A stretch of DNA of 64,000 nucleotides from an uncultured bacterium (GTDB lineage: Bacteria > Hydrothermota > Hydrothermia > UBA1063), in contig CAZZKY010000146.1 in the NCBI GenBank assembly GCA_964654765.1, forward strand, positions 14,694 through 78,693, given 5' to 3'. This document shows, piece after piece, positions 18,985-31,587 of the stretch. The notes beneath the pieces were generated by a model. It worked only from the letters and a program-made list of their open reading frames with translations, was not told the DNA's origin and ran no database searches. Each line of letters starts with the position of its first letter. The stretch's first letter is position 1. Made by a program: the position numbers and the translations under genes.

Positions 18985-19843
18985 AGAAAAAGGTCCCACT
19001 TCATACGACGTAATAAGGGCACTTAAAAAGATTTTGAAAATAAAGAGAATAGGACATGCCGGGAATCTTGACCCTTTGGGAGAGGGGGTTCTCGTCGTTG
19101 GTGTTGGCAAGGCAACGAGGTTTCTTGAGTTCATAATGAATGAAACCAAAGAATATCGAGTTAAAGTTAAATTTGGTATCTTAACCACTACACTTGATTC
19201 TGAAGGCGAAGTGATTCAGGAAATGCCTGTACCCATCCTTGAGGAAGGCAATATACGAGAAGTCCTTACCCAGTTTCAAGGAGAAATTGAGCAGATTCCT
19301 CCATCTTTTTCCGCAATTAAATTTGAAGGGAAAAGACTTTATGAGTATGCAAGAGAGGGTATATTTCTTGTTCCAAAACCGAGGAGGGTAAAGATTAACA
19401 GAATAGACCTACTCGATGTAGGAAAAGATTATATCATTATTGATGTGGAGTGCTCATCAGGTACCTATATGAGATCCCTTGCGAGGGACATTGCACAAAA
19501 ACTTGGAACTGTGGGTATCGTGCAGGATTTGATTAGGTTGAGAGTAGGGGATTACAGAATAGAGAAGGCCGTGAGGGTAGATGAAGCCACAAAGGTTATA
19601 GAGTCGATCATTCCTATTCATGAAGGACTTCCAATGAAAACTGCGGTATATTTGAATTCTGCGGGGGCATCGATGTTTATGAATGGTAATAGGGTCCCGC
19701 GACGCTTTATATCAAAATTGTCTTCAGAGACAAGGGCTTTCTCTCTTGTGAAGGTTTTTGACCACGAAAGCAACTTTTTAGGAGTCGGATTTTTGACTTG
19801 GGAAGGCGTTGAGCCCAAAAAGGTTTACGTCCCAGAGGAATGA
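18959..19843 (+). CDS. truB: tRNA pseudouridine(55) synthase TruB
   Basis: 'GHAGNLDPLGEGVLVVGVGKATRF' carries the catalytic Asp in 'LDP', and there is a PUA-like C-terminus. The start is taken at the internal ATG (MDGFLNIYKEKGPTSYDV), and it overlaps the rbfA 3' end. Confidence 0.9.
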   Translation: MDGFLNIYKEKGPTSYDVIRALKKILKIKRIGHAGNLDPLGEGVLVVGVGKATRFLEFIMNETKEYRVKVKFGILTTTLDSEGEVIQEMPVPILEEGNIREVLTQFQGEIEQIPPSFSAIKFEGKRLYEYAREGIFLVPKPRRVKINRIDLLDVGKDYIIIDVECSSGTYMRSLARDIAQKLGTVGIVQDLIRLRVGDYRIEKAVRVDEATKVIESIIPIHEGLPMKTAVYLNSAGASMFMNGNRVPRRFISKLSSETRAFSLVKVFDHESNFLGVGFLTWEGVEPKKVYVPEE

Positions 19844-20706
19844 AAAATACCTGCATAACCGTTGGTACCTTCGATGGCGTCCATATAGCGCATAGAGAGA
19901 TAATTGTAACTACGCTCAAAATTTCAGCTGCATTTAACTTCGAGCCCTTAGTTCTGGTTCTCAATTACCCACCTAAATTTAATCTTTTGAACTCAGATAG
20001 ATTTCTTATAACTACGGATGAAGAAAAAATGTCTTTATTGAGAGAGCTTTCCAATGGGAGGGTGGAAGTCCTTGATTTTACTAAAGAAATAGAATTACTG
20101 GAGCCGGAAGAATTTTTAAGCTTCTTAAAGGAGCGATATTATGCCAGACATTTAGTTGTGGGGTTTAATCACACTTTCGGTAAGGGAAGAAAGGGGGATG
20201 TTTCTTATCTTTCTAAAACAATTGAAAATTTCGATCTTTTTGTTACAGTGGTTCCACCTATTAAGGTTGAGAATAACATTGTAAGTTCTTCTTTCATAAG
20301 GAGTTTGCTATATTCAGGAAACGTTAAATTGGCCGCAAAGTGCCTTAGCAGGTTTTATTCTGTTTCTGGGATTGTGGTAAAAGGCGCTGGTATTGCGAGA
20401 GAACTTGGGTTCAGGACAATAAACTTAGAAATACCCGATAAAAAGATTGTTCCCAAAAAGGGGGTTTACGCTGTTATTGTATCTTTGGGAGGTAAAAATT
20501 TCCCTGGTGCTTGTTATATAGGAGAAAGTCCAACTCTCGGACTTTCCAGATTTAGCGTCGAGGTACACCTCATCAACTTCGAAGGCGAAGTATATGGCGA
20601 ATTAGCAACGGTTCAGTTTGTTGATTTTCTGAGAGAAGACATTAAATTTCCTTCCGTTGAAGACCTTAAGAATCAGATTTCAAAAGATATAGCTGCTTCT
20701 AACAAG

Positions 20707-20727
<21 letters not shown>
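19840..20727 (+). CDS. ribF: Bifunctional riboflavin kinase / FMN adenylyltransferase
   Basis: 295 aa. 'ITVGTFDGVHIAHREII' is the FAD-synthetase nucleotidyltransferase motif, and the C-terminal riboflavin-kinase domain has 'GxxPTLG'. There is an ATGA overlap with truB. Confidence 0.9.
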
Positions 20728-24069
<3,342 letters not shown>

Positions 24070-24156
24070 AAAAAATACCTCCCTTTGTTGATAAGTATAA
24101 AAAGAGAATTGCGCTTAATCAAGAAAGAATTTGTTTTTTAACAGTTTTGTCCGACT

Positions 24157-25308
24157 TTATTTAAGTAATTCTTGTGCACCGAAATCCCTGTCGGGAGAAA
24201 ACTCCTTTAAAATTGTTTCCAATTCTTCGCTTGTTTTTCCTTCCAGGTATTCGCTGATATAGTATCCAAGTCCAGGGCCGAGCATAAAACCTTGACCACA
24301 CATTCCCACGAGATGCAGAAAATTTTTGTAGCCTTTAAAACCCACAATTGGGTTTCCGTCTGGAGTCATTGGGTAAACACCTCTCCATGTTCTCCTAACT
24401 CTTATGTACTTTAACTTTGGCATAACTTTTATCATTCGCTTCGCCACCATCGGGAGAAAAGTTGATGTTTCTCTCAGATCTGTACCCCAGATGGGTGGGT
24501 CAGGGGTTAAGCAAAAAATGATTTGTCCTGTTTTGTGTTGATAAAAGTAGAAATTTTTACTTCCTTTTTCTGGTTTGATATCCACAATCATTGGGTTCAC
24601 AAATCTTTCTACTGGTTCTGTAACACCTCCCTCGTGGGAATCAGGAATAACGGGTAATTCTACTCCTGCCAGTTTTCCGATATCCGATGCTTCTCCTCCT
24701 GCGCAATTTATAACGATGTCAGCCCTATAGCTTCCGCTTAAGGTTTTTACAGCTGTTATTTTCTCTTTTTCAGTTTCCAACGAAATTACTTTTTCACAAA
24801 ATTTGAAGATTGCACCATGTTTTTTTGCATGTTTGTAAAAACTCTCTATTGCGAGAAGGGGAGAAGCACTCCCATCTCGCGGAGAATAGGTTCCGCCCAA
24901 TAAACCCTCAGGATTTATGCCAGGAATGATTTTAAGGATTTCTTCCTTTTCGTAAAAGTCTATTTCGAGCCCGAATTGTTTCTGATATTTAACAAGTTCT
25001 TTAAGCGAGTTTCTATCTTCTTCTCTATAAGTTACGAAGGCATACCCCCCTTCATAATATTCGATGTCATCACCAGTCTCCTTTTCCCAATTTCTGAATA
25101 TTTCAAGGCTTTTAAGTCCAACCAGTATCTTACCGGGTGAAGAGTGGGTGGCTCTAATACCTCCTATTGCAGCCTTATTTGAACCTTGTCCAGGGGATGA
25201 CTTTTCATCAATTACCAAGGTTTTAAATCCTTTCCTGGCCAAAAAATAAGAAAGGGGGACACCAACGCTTCCCGCACCGATAATAATTACGTCGAATTTA
25301 TCGTTCAT
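24157..25308 (-). CDS. FAD-dependent oxidoreductase, beta-type subunit (sarcosine/opine oxidase beta or proline dehydrogenase beta-like, DAO family)
   Basis: 383 aa with an N-terminal FAD dinucleotide fold 'FDVIIIGAGSVGVPLSYFLARKG'. It overlaps the alpha-like subunit gene by 11 nt. Confidence 0.75.
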   Translation of the reverse strand: MNDKFDVIIIGAGSVGVPLSYFLARKGFKTLVIDEKSSPGQGSNKAAIGGIRATHSSPGKILVGLKSLEIFRNWEKETGDDIEYYEGGYAFVTYREEDRNSLKELVKYQKQFGLEIDFYEKEEILKIIPGINPEGLLGGTYSPRDGSASPLLAIESFYKHAKKHGAIFKFCEKVISLETEKEKITAVKTLSGSYRADIVINCAGGEASDIGKLAGVELPVIPDSHEGGVTEPVERFVNPMIVDIKPEKGSKNFYFYQHKTGQIIFCLTPDPPIWGTDLRETSTFLPMVAKRMIKVMPKLKYIRVRRTWRGVYPMTPDGNPIVGFKGYKNFLHLVGMCGQGFMLGPGLGYYISEYLEGKTSEELETILKEFSPDRDFGAQELLK

Positions 25309-27388
25309 TTTTCTTCTCCTTTAAACCAGCTAATGTTCCGAGGGTAACTTCCATAAACAAAGGCCTCTTTTCCCACTCTGTAAATTCGCCTTCTTTTATT
25401 CCTTCTTCTTTAAAAAGCCGTTTTATTAGACTGGTACAGGTTTTTCCCTGGCAGGCTCCCATGCCAGCTCTTGTTAAAGCTTTAATTTCATTCATATCTC
25501 TAACCCCTTCTCTGATTAGCTTCCTTATTTCACCTGCAGTGACCCTTTCGCATCTGCAAACAATGGCCTCATCAGGAATAGCTGACATTCCACCTTCTAC
25601 ATAGGGCGAAGGTTCGACTATTCTGATTCCACTTACTTTCTCGGCAATTTCTCTCGGCACTTTTACCTTTATCAGTTTCGTTTTCACGGGGATAGTTCGC
25701 ACCTTTTCAACAAATCGAAAACCAATTACCTCTCCCTTACCAACGACATTACCTAATCTGTCTGTCAGTTCCACGATGTCTCCAACTTTTATTTTATCGT
25801 CACCAAATTCGAATGGTAATGTAACTATAGGGTCTTCGCCTTTTCTGAAGTCCACAAGGGAGATAGCAAGGCCGGGGCATATTGCCACGCACATTTCGCA
25901 TCCAATGCATCCACCCTTGTAAATTGGTGGATTCAAGATATTGCCTTCAATTACTATACTATTTTTGGGGCATATTGTACTGCAAGGGTTGCAGGGGATT
26001 TCCTGCACGCAATTTAAAATAGGGTATACTCCTTCTTTGATTTCAGGGTATCTCATTTGGTAAATTTTTCCCGGTCTTGATTTAAGAATCTTTTGTGTTT
26101 CGTATAGTTCCTGTGGAATTTCCCCTTCGTACAAACCGAGCTCTCTCAGTATTTCATACCCCTTTATTTTGCCAGAGAAAATTGCTGATGACGCTTCGGC
26201 AATCTCTTCCGCATCACCTGCTGAGTAGGCTTTTAGACCAAATTTGATGGCCTTTTCATAAAATTCGTTGACAGGGTCTAACCCAACGGCAACAAGGACG
26301 GTATCGCAATTGAATGTCTTCTCGGTTCCAGGGATAATTTCAAATTTTTCATCAACCTCAGCTATGGTGATTGCTTCAACTTTTTCCGTTCCATGGACTT
26401 TTACAACCGTATGAGAGGTAAAGACGGGCACTCCCAGTTTCAGCAGTTTTTCCTTATGAACGCTGTATCCCCCAACCTCTGGCATTATCTCGCAGAGTCC
26501 AACCACATCAATTCCAGCCTGAAGGGCATGGTAGGCAGCGATTAGGCCTACATTGCCTCCTCCAATTACAAATAGTTTTTCAGCCGCCTTAACAAGGTCT
26601 CTGTTTACTAATGTTTGAAAGGCACCCGCACCGTAGACTCCCGGAAGAGTATTTCCAGGGAACAATATAGATTTTTCTCGTGCACCTGAAGCGACAAGTA
26701 GAATTTTGGGCTTTACCAGGACGTATTCCCTTTGTTCTTTAAGTATCCCTACTTTTTTATCAGAAAATACCCATATTGCAACGGAGTTCAACCAGATTTC
26801 AATTGAGGGAAAGCTTCTTACCTCGTCTTCCAATTTTCTTGCAATGTCAATTCCTCTCATACCTGCATAGCATGCCTCTACTGAACCGAAAAATTTGTGG
26901 GTCTGCAAAACCAATTTCCCGCCGAGTTGATTTTTATCATCCACGATGAGGGTCTTTACGTTCTTCTCCCCTAAGACTGTGGCAGCCCTTAATCCTGCGG
27001 GGCCTCCTCCAATGATTAGCACATCGTATTCGTATTCCGGAATATCTTCGAACTCGACTTTGGCGTCGAAGTCCCAGTCGGGTAACTTTGGTAATCTTTC
27101 TAACGGATATACTTCCATCCCCTCTTTTACTAAAGTCATACAGGCTTTAACCGTAATTCCATCGGCGATAACTTTGCATTGGTCACATTGTCCGTTGGCG
27201 CAAAAAATTCCGAGCGGTGCCCCATCCTTTTGATGTTTTCCAAAGATTCTAATTCCATTAGCGTATAGCGCTGAAGCAATGGTTTCTCCTTCCCTCGCTT
27301 CAAGAAGTTTTCCGTTAAATTTGAACGTAATAGTTTTTGCAGGAGTTACTTTTAAGATTGGATGAGAAGTTATTCTATAATTTTTCAT
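25298..27388 (-). CDS. Multidomain alpha-type subunit: N-terminal [2Fe-2S] domain, FAD/NAD(P) pyridine-nucleotide-disulfide oxidoreductase domain, 2x[4Fe-4S] ferredoxin domain and C-terminal BFD-like [2Fe-2S] domain
   Basis: 696 aa with 'CANGQCDQCKV' ([2Fe-2S]-like), two GxGxxG folds ('VLIIGGGPAGL', 'LFVIGGGNVGL'), 'CNPCSTICPKN...CIGCEMCVAICPG' (two CxxCxxCxxxCP) and 'CRCERVTAGEI' (BFD-like). The architecture matches the alpha subunits of opine/sarcosine oxidase, HCN synthase and archaeal proline dehydrogenase complexes. Confidence 0.7.
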   Translation of the reverse strand: MKNYRITSHPILKVTPAKTITFKFNGKLLEAREGETIASALYANGIRIFGKHQKDGAPLGIFCANGQCDQCKVIADGITVKACMTLVKEGMEVYPLERLPKLPDWDFDAKVEFEDIPEYEYDVLIIGGGPAGLRAATVLGEKNVKTLIVDDKNQLGGKLVLQTHKFFGSVEACYAGMRGIDIARKLEDEVRSFPSIEIWLNSVAIWVFSDKKVGILKEQREYVLVKPKILLVASGAREKSILFPGNTLPGVYGAGAFQTLVNRDLVKAAEKLFVIGGGNVGLIAAYHALQAGIDVVGLCEIMPEVGGYSVHKEKLLKLGVPVFTSHTVVKVHGTEKVEAITIAEVDEKFEIIPGTEKTFNCDTVLVAVGLDPVNEFYEKAIKFGLKAYSAGDAEEIAEASSAIFSGKIKGYEILRELGLYEGEIPQELYETQKILKSRPGKIYQMRYPEIKEGVYPILNCVQEIPCNPCSTICPKNSIVIEGNILNPPIYKGGCIGCEMCVAICPGLAISLVDFRKGEDPIVTLPFEFGDDKIKVGDIVELTDRLGNVVGKGEVIGFRFVEKVRTIPVKTKLIKVKVPREIAEKVSGIRIVEPSPYVEGGMSAIPDEAIVCRCERVTAGEIRKLIREGVRDMNEIKALTRAGMGACQGKTCTSLIKRLFKEEGIKEGEFTEWEKRPLFMEVTLGTLAGLKEKKNER

Positions 27389-27403
27389 TATCTACCTTCC
27401 TTT

Positions 27404-28186
27404 TTAATAAGCCAGGTAGGTTACCCTTGAGCTTTTTGTTCTACCCGGTGAAAGGGTAAAATGGTCGTAGCAATGAACCTTTGAAAAACCTGCTTGTTTC
27501 AAGTATTTCTTTACCTCATCTGGACTGTATCCCCTTTCCCGAAATACTGTATTAATTTTTCTATAAAGGTCACCTTTGTCTATCCTAACAAAAAGGGTAA
27601 AGTAGAGGTAAACGATTCCATTTATGTACCTTGATTTCCAGATGGAAATGGTGTTGGCCGTTTCTTCAACTCGGGTCAAGTTGTACCACTCGGTTTTAAA
27701 AGACCAACTGGTATTGAGATCGAAGATGAAGGGACCCCCGTTTCGTAGAACTCCCCTAATTTGTTTGAAAGTGTCGATCATTTCTGCGGGATCGAGAATG
27801 TTGTTAAGGCTGTCAAAGGTTGAGATAACGGCGTCAAACAAGCTTGGTTTAAAAGGAATATGGCGAAAGTCAGCTGATACCAGAGGTATTGCTAAGGGTT
27901 TGTCGGATAGTTTTTTCTTGGCTACTTTCAACATCCCGAGTGAATAGTCAAGGCCAAAGACTTCGTATCCGTAGTTTTTAAGTCTAATGGAAAGATTTCC
28001 AGTACCAGATGCAAGGTCAAGAATCCTCCTTATAGGCTTAAGGGGAGCCATGGAAAGGAGTGTCTTCACATAGCGGGCCCATTCTTCGTAATCAACCTTT
28101 TCCATTACTTCGTCGTAATATTCAGCAATAAGACTAAATGGGTCATTCATTTTTAAAAGTTTAATGGGGTTGCTAAGTATCTTCAA
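27404..28186 (-). CDS. Class I SAM-dependent methyltransferase
   Basis: 260 aa. 'ILDLASGTGNLSIRLKNYGYEVFGLDYSLGML' is SAM-binding motif I. Confidence 0.75.
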   Translation of the reverse strand: MKILSNPIKLLKMNDPFSLIAEYYDEVMEKVDYEEWARYVKTLLSMAPLKPIRRILDLASGTGNLSIRLKNYGYEVFGLDYSLGMLKVAKKKLSDKPLAIPLVSADFRHIPFKPSLFDAVISTFDSLNNILDPAEMIDTFKQIRGVLRNGGPFIFDLNTSWSFKTEWYNLTRVEETANTISIWKSRYINGIVYLYFTLFVRIDKGDLYRKINTVFRERGYSPDEVKKYLKQAGFSKVHCYDHFTLSPGRTKSSRVTYLAY

Positions 28187-28255
28187 ACTTTTTGCAATTT
28201 GTTCTGCAATTGCTATTAGTTTTTAAATCCAGGAATTCAATTTTATAATTGAACA

Positions 28256-29488
28256 ATGAAGTCGACCATAAATGTAAGTGAGATAAGAAAGGATTTTCCA
28301 ATTTTACAGCGAAAAATTGGGGATAACCCCTTAGTATATTTAGATAATGCTGCTACTTCACAAAGGCCTATACAAGTAATAAAAGCTCTTGAGGAATTTT
28401 ATACTCTTCATAATGCCAATATTCACCGTGCTATCCATACGCTGTCAAGAGAGTCTACTGAGCTCTACGAAGAGGCCCACGAAAAGACAAGAAAATTTAT
28501 AAATGCAAGGTTTTTTGAGGAAATTATTTTTACTCGGAACACCACGGAGGCTATCAACCTTGTTGCATATTCGCTCTCTTTTAATTTAAGGCCTGGAGAT
28601 GAGATAGTTACCACGGTTATGGAACATCATTCCAATATGGTTCCGTGGCAGATGCTGAGAGACCATTTTGGAATTAAGTTAAAATTTGCGAAGCTTGATG
28701 AAAAGGGTTATCTCGATTTAGACCATTTAAATTCACTGATAACCGATAAGACCAAGCTGGTTGCGGTTACCCATGTTTCTAATGTGCTGGGAGTAGTAAA
28801 TCCTGTTGAGGAAATCGCAAGAATGGCTCATTCGAAGGGAGCGTTATGCCTCGTGGATGGGGCACAAAGCGTCCCCCACATGCCAGTAGATGTCCAGAAA
28901 ATGGATGTTGATTTCCTCGCCTTTTCTTCCCACAAAATGCTTGGCCCCACCGGGATTGGCGTTCTTTACGCAAGGAAAGAATTGCTTGAAAAGATGGAAC
29001 CTTTTTTGAGAGGTGGAGATATGATATCCACTGTTACCGTTGAGAAACCTGAGTGGAACAGGTTACCCTGGAGGTTTGAAGCAGGTACTTCAAATTTCGC
29101 TGATGGTTATGCCTTTGGTGTTGCAATAGATTACCTTGAAAAAATCGGGATGGAGGCTATTTTTGAGCACGAGAAGGAAATCGCCAAACATACCATTGAC
29201 AGGCTTGTAAGCGAAATTGATGGGGTAAGAATACTTGGGCCCACGGAGAATCGTATTGGTGTTATATCCTTTTACTTTGAGGATATCCCACCGGATTTGG
29301 TTGGTCTTGCCCTTGATGAAGAGGGAATTGCCATAAGGACAGGTTGCCATTGTGCTCAGCCTTTACACGAACATTTTGGCATTTCTGGAACTGCGAGAGC
29401 AAGCTTTTACCTTTACAATACTTTTGAAGAGGCGGATTATTTTGTAGATAAGCTTAAAGAAATTGTAGCGAGATACAGGAATAATTGA
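28256..29488 (+). CDS. sufS: Cysteine desulfurase, SufS/CsdA type (class II)
   Basis: 410 aa with 'LDNAATSQRPIQVIKALEEFY...HRAIHTLS', the PLP lysine in 'FSSHKMLGPTGIGVLY' and the active-site 'RTGCHCAQP'. Confidence 0.85.
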   Translation: MKSTINVSEIRKDFPILQRKIGDNPLVYLDNAATSQRPIQVIKALEEFYTLHNANIHRAIHTLSRESTELYEEAHEKTRKFINARFFEEIIFTRNTTEAINLVAYSLSFNLRPGDEIVTTVMEHHSNMVPWQMLRDHFGIKLKFAKLDEKGYLDLDHLNSLITDKTKLVAVTHVSNVLGVVNPVEEIARMAHSKGALCLVDGAQSVPHMPVDVQKMDVDFLAFSSHKMLGPTGIGVLYARKELLEKMEPFLRGGDMISTVTVEKPEWNRLPWRFEAGTSNFADGYAFGVAIDYLEKIGMEAIFEHEKEIAKHTIDRLVSEIDGVRILGPTENRIGVISFYFEDIPPDLVGLALDEEGIAIRTGCHCAQPLHEHFGISGTARASFYLYNTFEEADYFVDKLKEIVARYRNN

Positions 29489-29497
29489 GGTAAGAAT

Positions 29498-30499
29498 ATG
29501 CTTTACCGAGACTCAGGGGTTGATATCGGAAGAGGAGACAGTATAGTAGATTTTTTGAAAAGTATAATTAATTTAAAACCCGAAAATATTGGGCCTTTTG
29601 CTGCCATTATCGAACTTAACATTTTGAGAGAGTATAGAGAGCCTGTTTTACTTGCCTCTACTGACGGTATCGGGACAAAAATAGATCTTGCGCTCAAGTG
29701 GAAAAAGTTAGATGGACTTGGTTATGATCTCTTTGCCATGTGTGCCAATGATATTGCGGTTTATGGTGCAAAACCTCTCTTTTTTCTTGATTACTATGCC
29801 GCTGGTTATTTAGATCTCAATGATTCTAAAGTGGTTCTTAAATCCCTTGTGGAAGCCTGTGAGAAGTACAATTGTGCTCTGGTAGGAGGAGAAACGGCTG
29901 AACTTCCGGATGTTTTAGAAAAGGGAAAATTTGATATTGCGGGATTTATTGTTGGGGTTCAGGAAAAGTCAAGACTCCCCAATCCCAACAAAGTTAAGCC
30001 CAGTGACATTCTCGTTGGGTTACCGTCGTCAGGTATTCACAGCAATGGTTATTCTCTTGTTAGGGCGATTGTGCAAAAGGCACATCTTGAAGCCGAATTC
30101 AGACTGGGTGAAAAGACCTTGCGAGATATTCTGCTGGAGCCAACAAGAGTATACGTGGGATTAACGGAGGAGGTTTTCAAAAGGTTTGATATAAAAGGAG
30201 CTGCCCACATAACAGGTGGAGGTATTCCGGGTAATCTTTCAAGGGTGATACCCCCGAATTGTGATGCGGTCGTTGACAAGAATTCTTGGGAGATTCCACA
30301 AATCTTCAGATTTTTGCAAACGAAAGGCGAAGTTCCTGAGGACGAGATGTGGCGAGTGTTTAATATGGGTATAGGTTTTGTTTTCATAGTATCAAAAGAA
30401 GAACTTGAAAGTTTTGTTCAGTTTCTAAAAATAAAGGGCGAAAGTTTTCATATAATCGGTGAAATTACCAAAGGCTCAGGAAAAGTAGTATTAAAATAG
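29498..30499 (+). CDS. purM: Phosphoribosylformylglycinamidine cyclo-ligase (AIR synthetase)
   Basis: 333 aa. 'LLASTDGIGTKIDLA' and 'LVGGETAELPDV' are PurM motifs. Confidence 0.9.
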   Translation: MLYRDSGVDIGRGDSIVDFLKSIINLKPENIGPFAAIIELNILREYREPVLLASTDGIGTKIDLALKWKKLDGLGYDLFAMCANDIAVYGAKPLFFLDYYAAGYLDLNDSKVVLKSLVEACEKYNCALVGGETAELPDVLEKGKFDIAGFIVGVQEKSRLPNPNKVKPSDILVGLPSSGIHSNGYSLVRAIVQKAHLEAEFRLGEKTLRDILLEPTRVYVGLTEEVFKRFDIKGAAHITGGGIPGNLSRVIPPNCDAVVDKNSWEIPQIFRFLQTKGEVPEDEMWRVFNMGIGFVFIVSKEELESFVQFLKIKGESFHIIGEITKGSGKVVLK

Positions 30500-30566
30500 C
30501 CATCCTTTTAAGTCTGCAACTTAAGAATTTTGGGATTTTTGGACTTTTAGCGCAGTAAGTTAAAAT

Positions 30567-31544
30567 TCAGATCCATCCATTTTCTTTATACCATACTAAA
30601 GTTTCGTAAAGTCCTTCCATTAGTGTGTAATCAGGTTTGAAACCTGTTTCCGTGTAAAGTGGAGTAGGGTCCCCAATCCAGTACTTCTGAGCAAGTTCGT
30701 TAGCTTTATCGCTGTTGGCTATAGTGGGATTATTGGTAATTCTGGCAAAGGTTTCACTAAGTTTTAATATTGGTCGAAAGATCCATTCAGGTATGGTGAT
30801 TTTAAGTACTCTTTTTTTTCCATACAGCGATTTTATGTGTTCTACTATTTGCGTCAAAGTCGTGTATTCTGGATTTGAAACAAAATATACTCGGTTAATG
30901 CCGGAGTTTTCGTTTCCAATTAACATCAATATCAGTTTTACAACATCTTTAACGTAGATAATGCTGAGGTATTTCTCACCATTAGGCATGGGGAAAATAC
31001 CACACTTTACATACTGGAAAAACCGCAGAGTTTCTCTGTCGTAAGGCCCGTAAACGGTAGAAAGTCTTAGGATGGTGTAGGGGTACTGCAAATAGTTTAT
31101 TATGTAGTTCTCGGCCATTAGCTTAGATTTTCCATACCAGCTAACGGGTTCAGGTGTATGTTCCACTTTTTTCGGGATTAGTTCATTTGAGGGACCTTGT
31201 GCACTTTGGCTTGAAAGAAATATGAATCTTCTGAGGTTTCCGGGTTTCGCGGTGTTTATCGCATCAATGAGGTTTTTTGTAGTAGTGTAATTTCCTAAAA
31301 TGAAATCTTCCTTTTTCAATGCCTTTATAACTCCTGCACAATGAATGATTACATCAAGGTCTTTCACGAAGTCTACGAGGGACTCTGGATTTTTAAAGTC
31401 GCCGTAAAAAGGCTCTACCTCTGGCCAGAGTATCTCTTGATTCTTAGAACGCATCAGTACTCTAACGGTATGACCATTTTTTATCAGCTCTGGGACTAAA
31501 TTTCGTCCAATAAAACCGGAGGTACCTGTAACACCTATTTGCAT
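30567..31544 (-). CDS. NAD-dependent epimerase/dehydratase family protein (extended SDR)
   Basis: 325 aa with the N-terminal Rossmann fold 'MQIGVTGTSGFIGRNLVPELIKNGHTVRV'. Confidence 0.8.
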   Translation of the reverse strand: MQIGVTGTSGFIGRNLVPELIKNGHTVRVLMRSKNQEILWPEVEPFYGDFKNPESLVDFVKDLDVIIHCAGVIKALKKEDFILGNYTTTKNLIDAINTAKPGNLRRFIFLSSQSAQGPSNELIPKKVEHTPEPVSWYGKSKLMAENYIINYLQYPYTILRLSTVYGPYDRETLRFFQYVKCGIFPMPNGEKYLSIIYVKDVVKLILMLIGNENSGINRVYFVSNPEYTTLTQIVEHIKSLYGKKRVLKITIPEWIFRPILKLSETFARITNNPTIANSDKANELAQKYWIGDPTPLYTETGFKPDYTLMEGLYETLVWYKENGWI

Positions 31545-31587
31545 TGGAGTTTACTCATTATATTGGATTGACCTTATAATTCAAAAT

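Noticed and set aside
30500-30566. Possible terminator between convergent purM and the epimerase gene (small inverted repeat ttaagtctgcaacttaa)
   Set aside because: The stem is short (5-6 bp) and AT-rich with no following U-tract, so it is not convincing as an intrinsic terminator.
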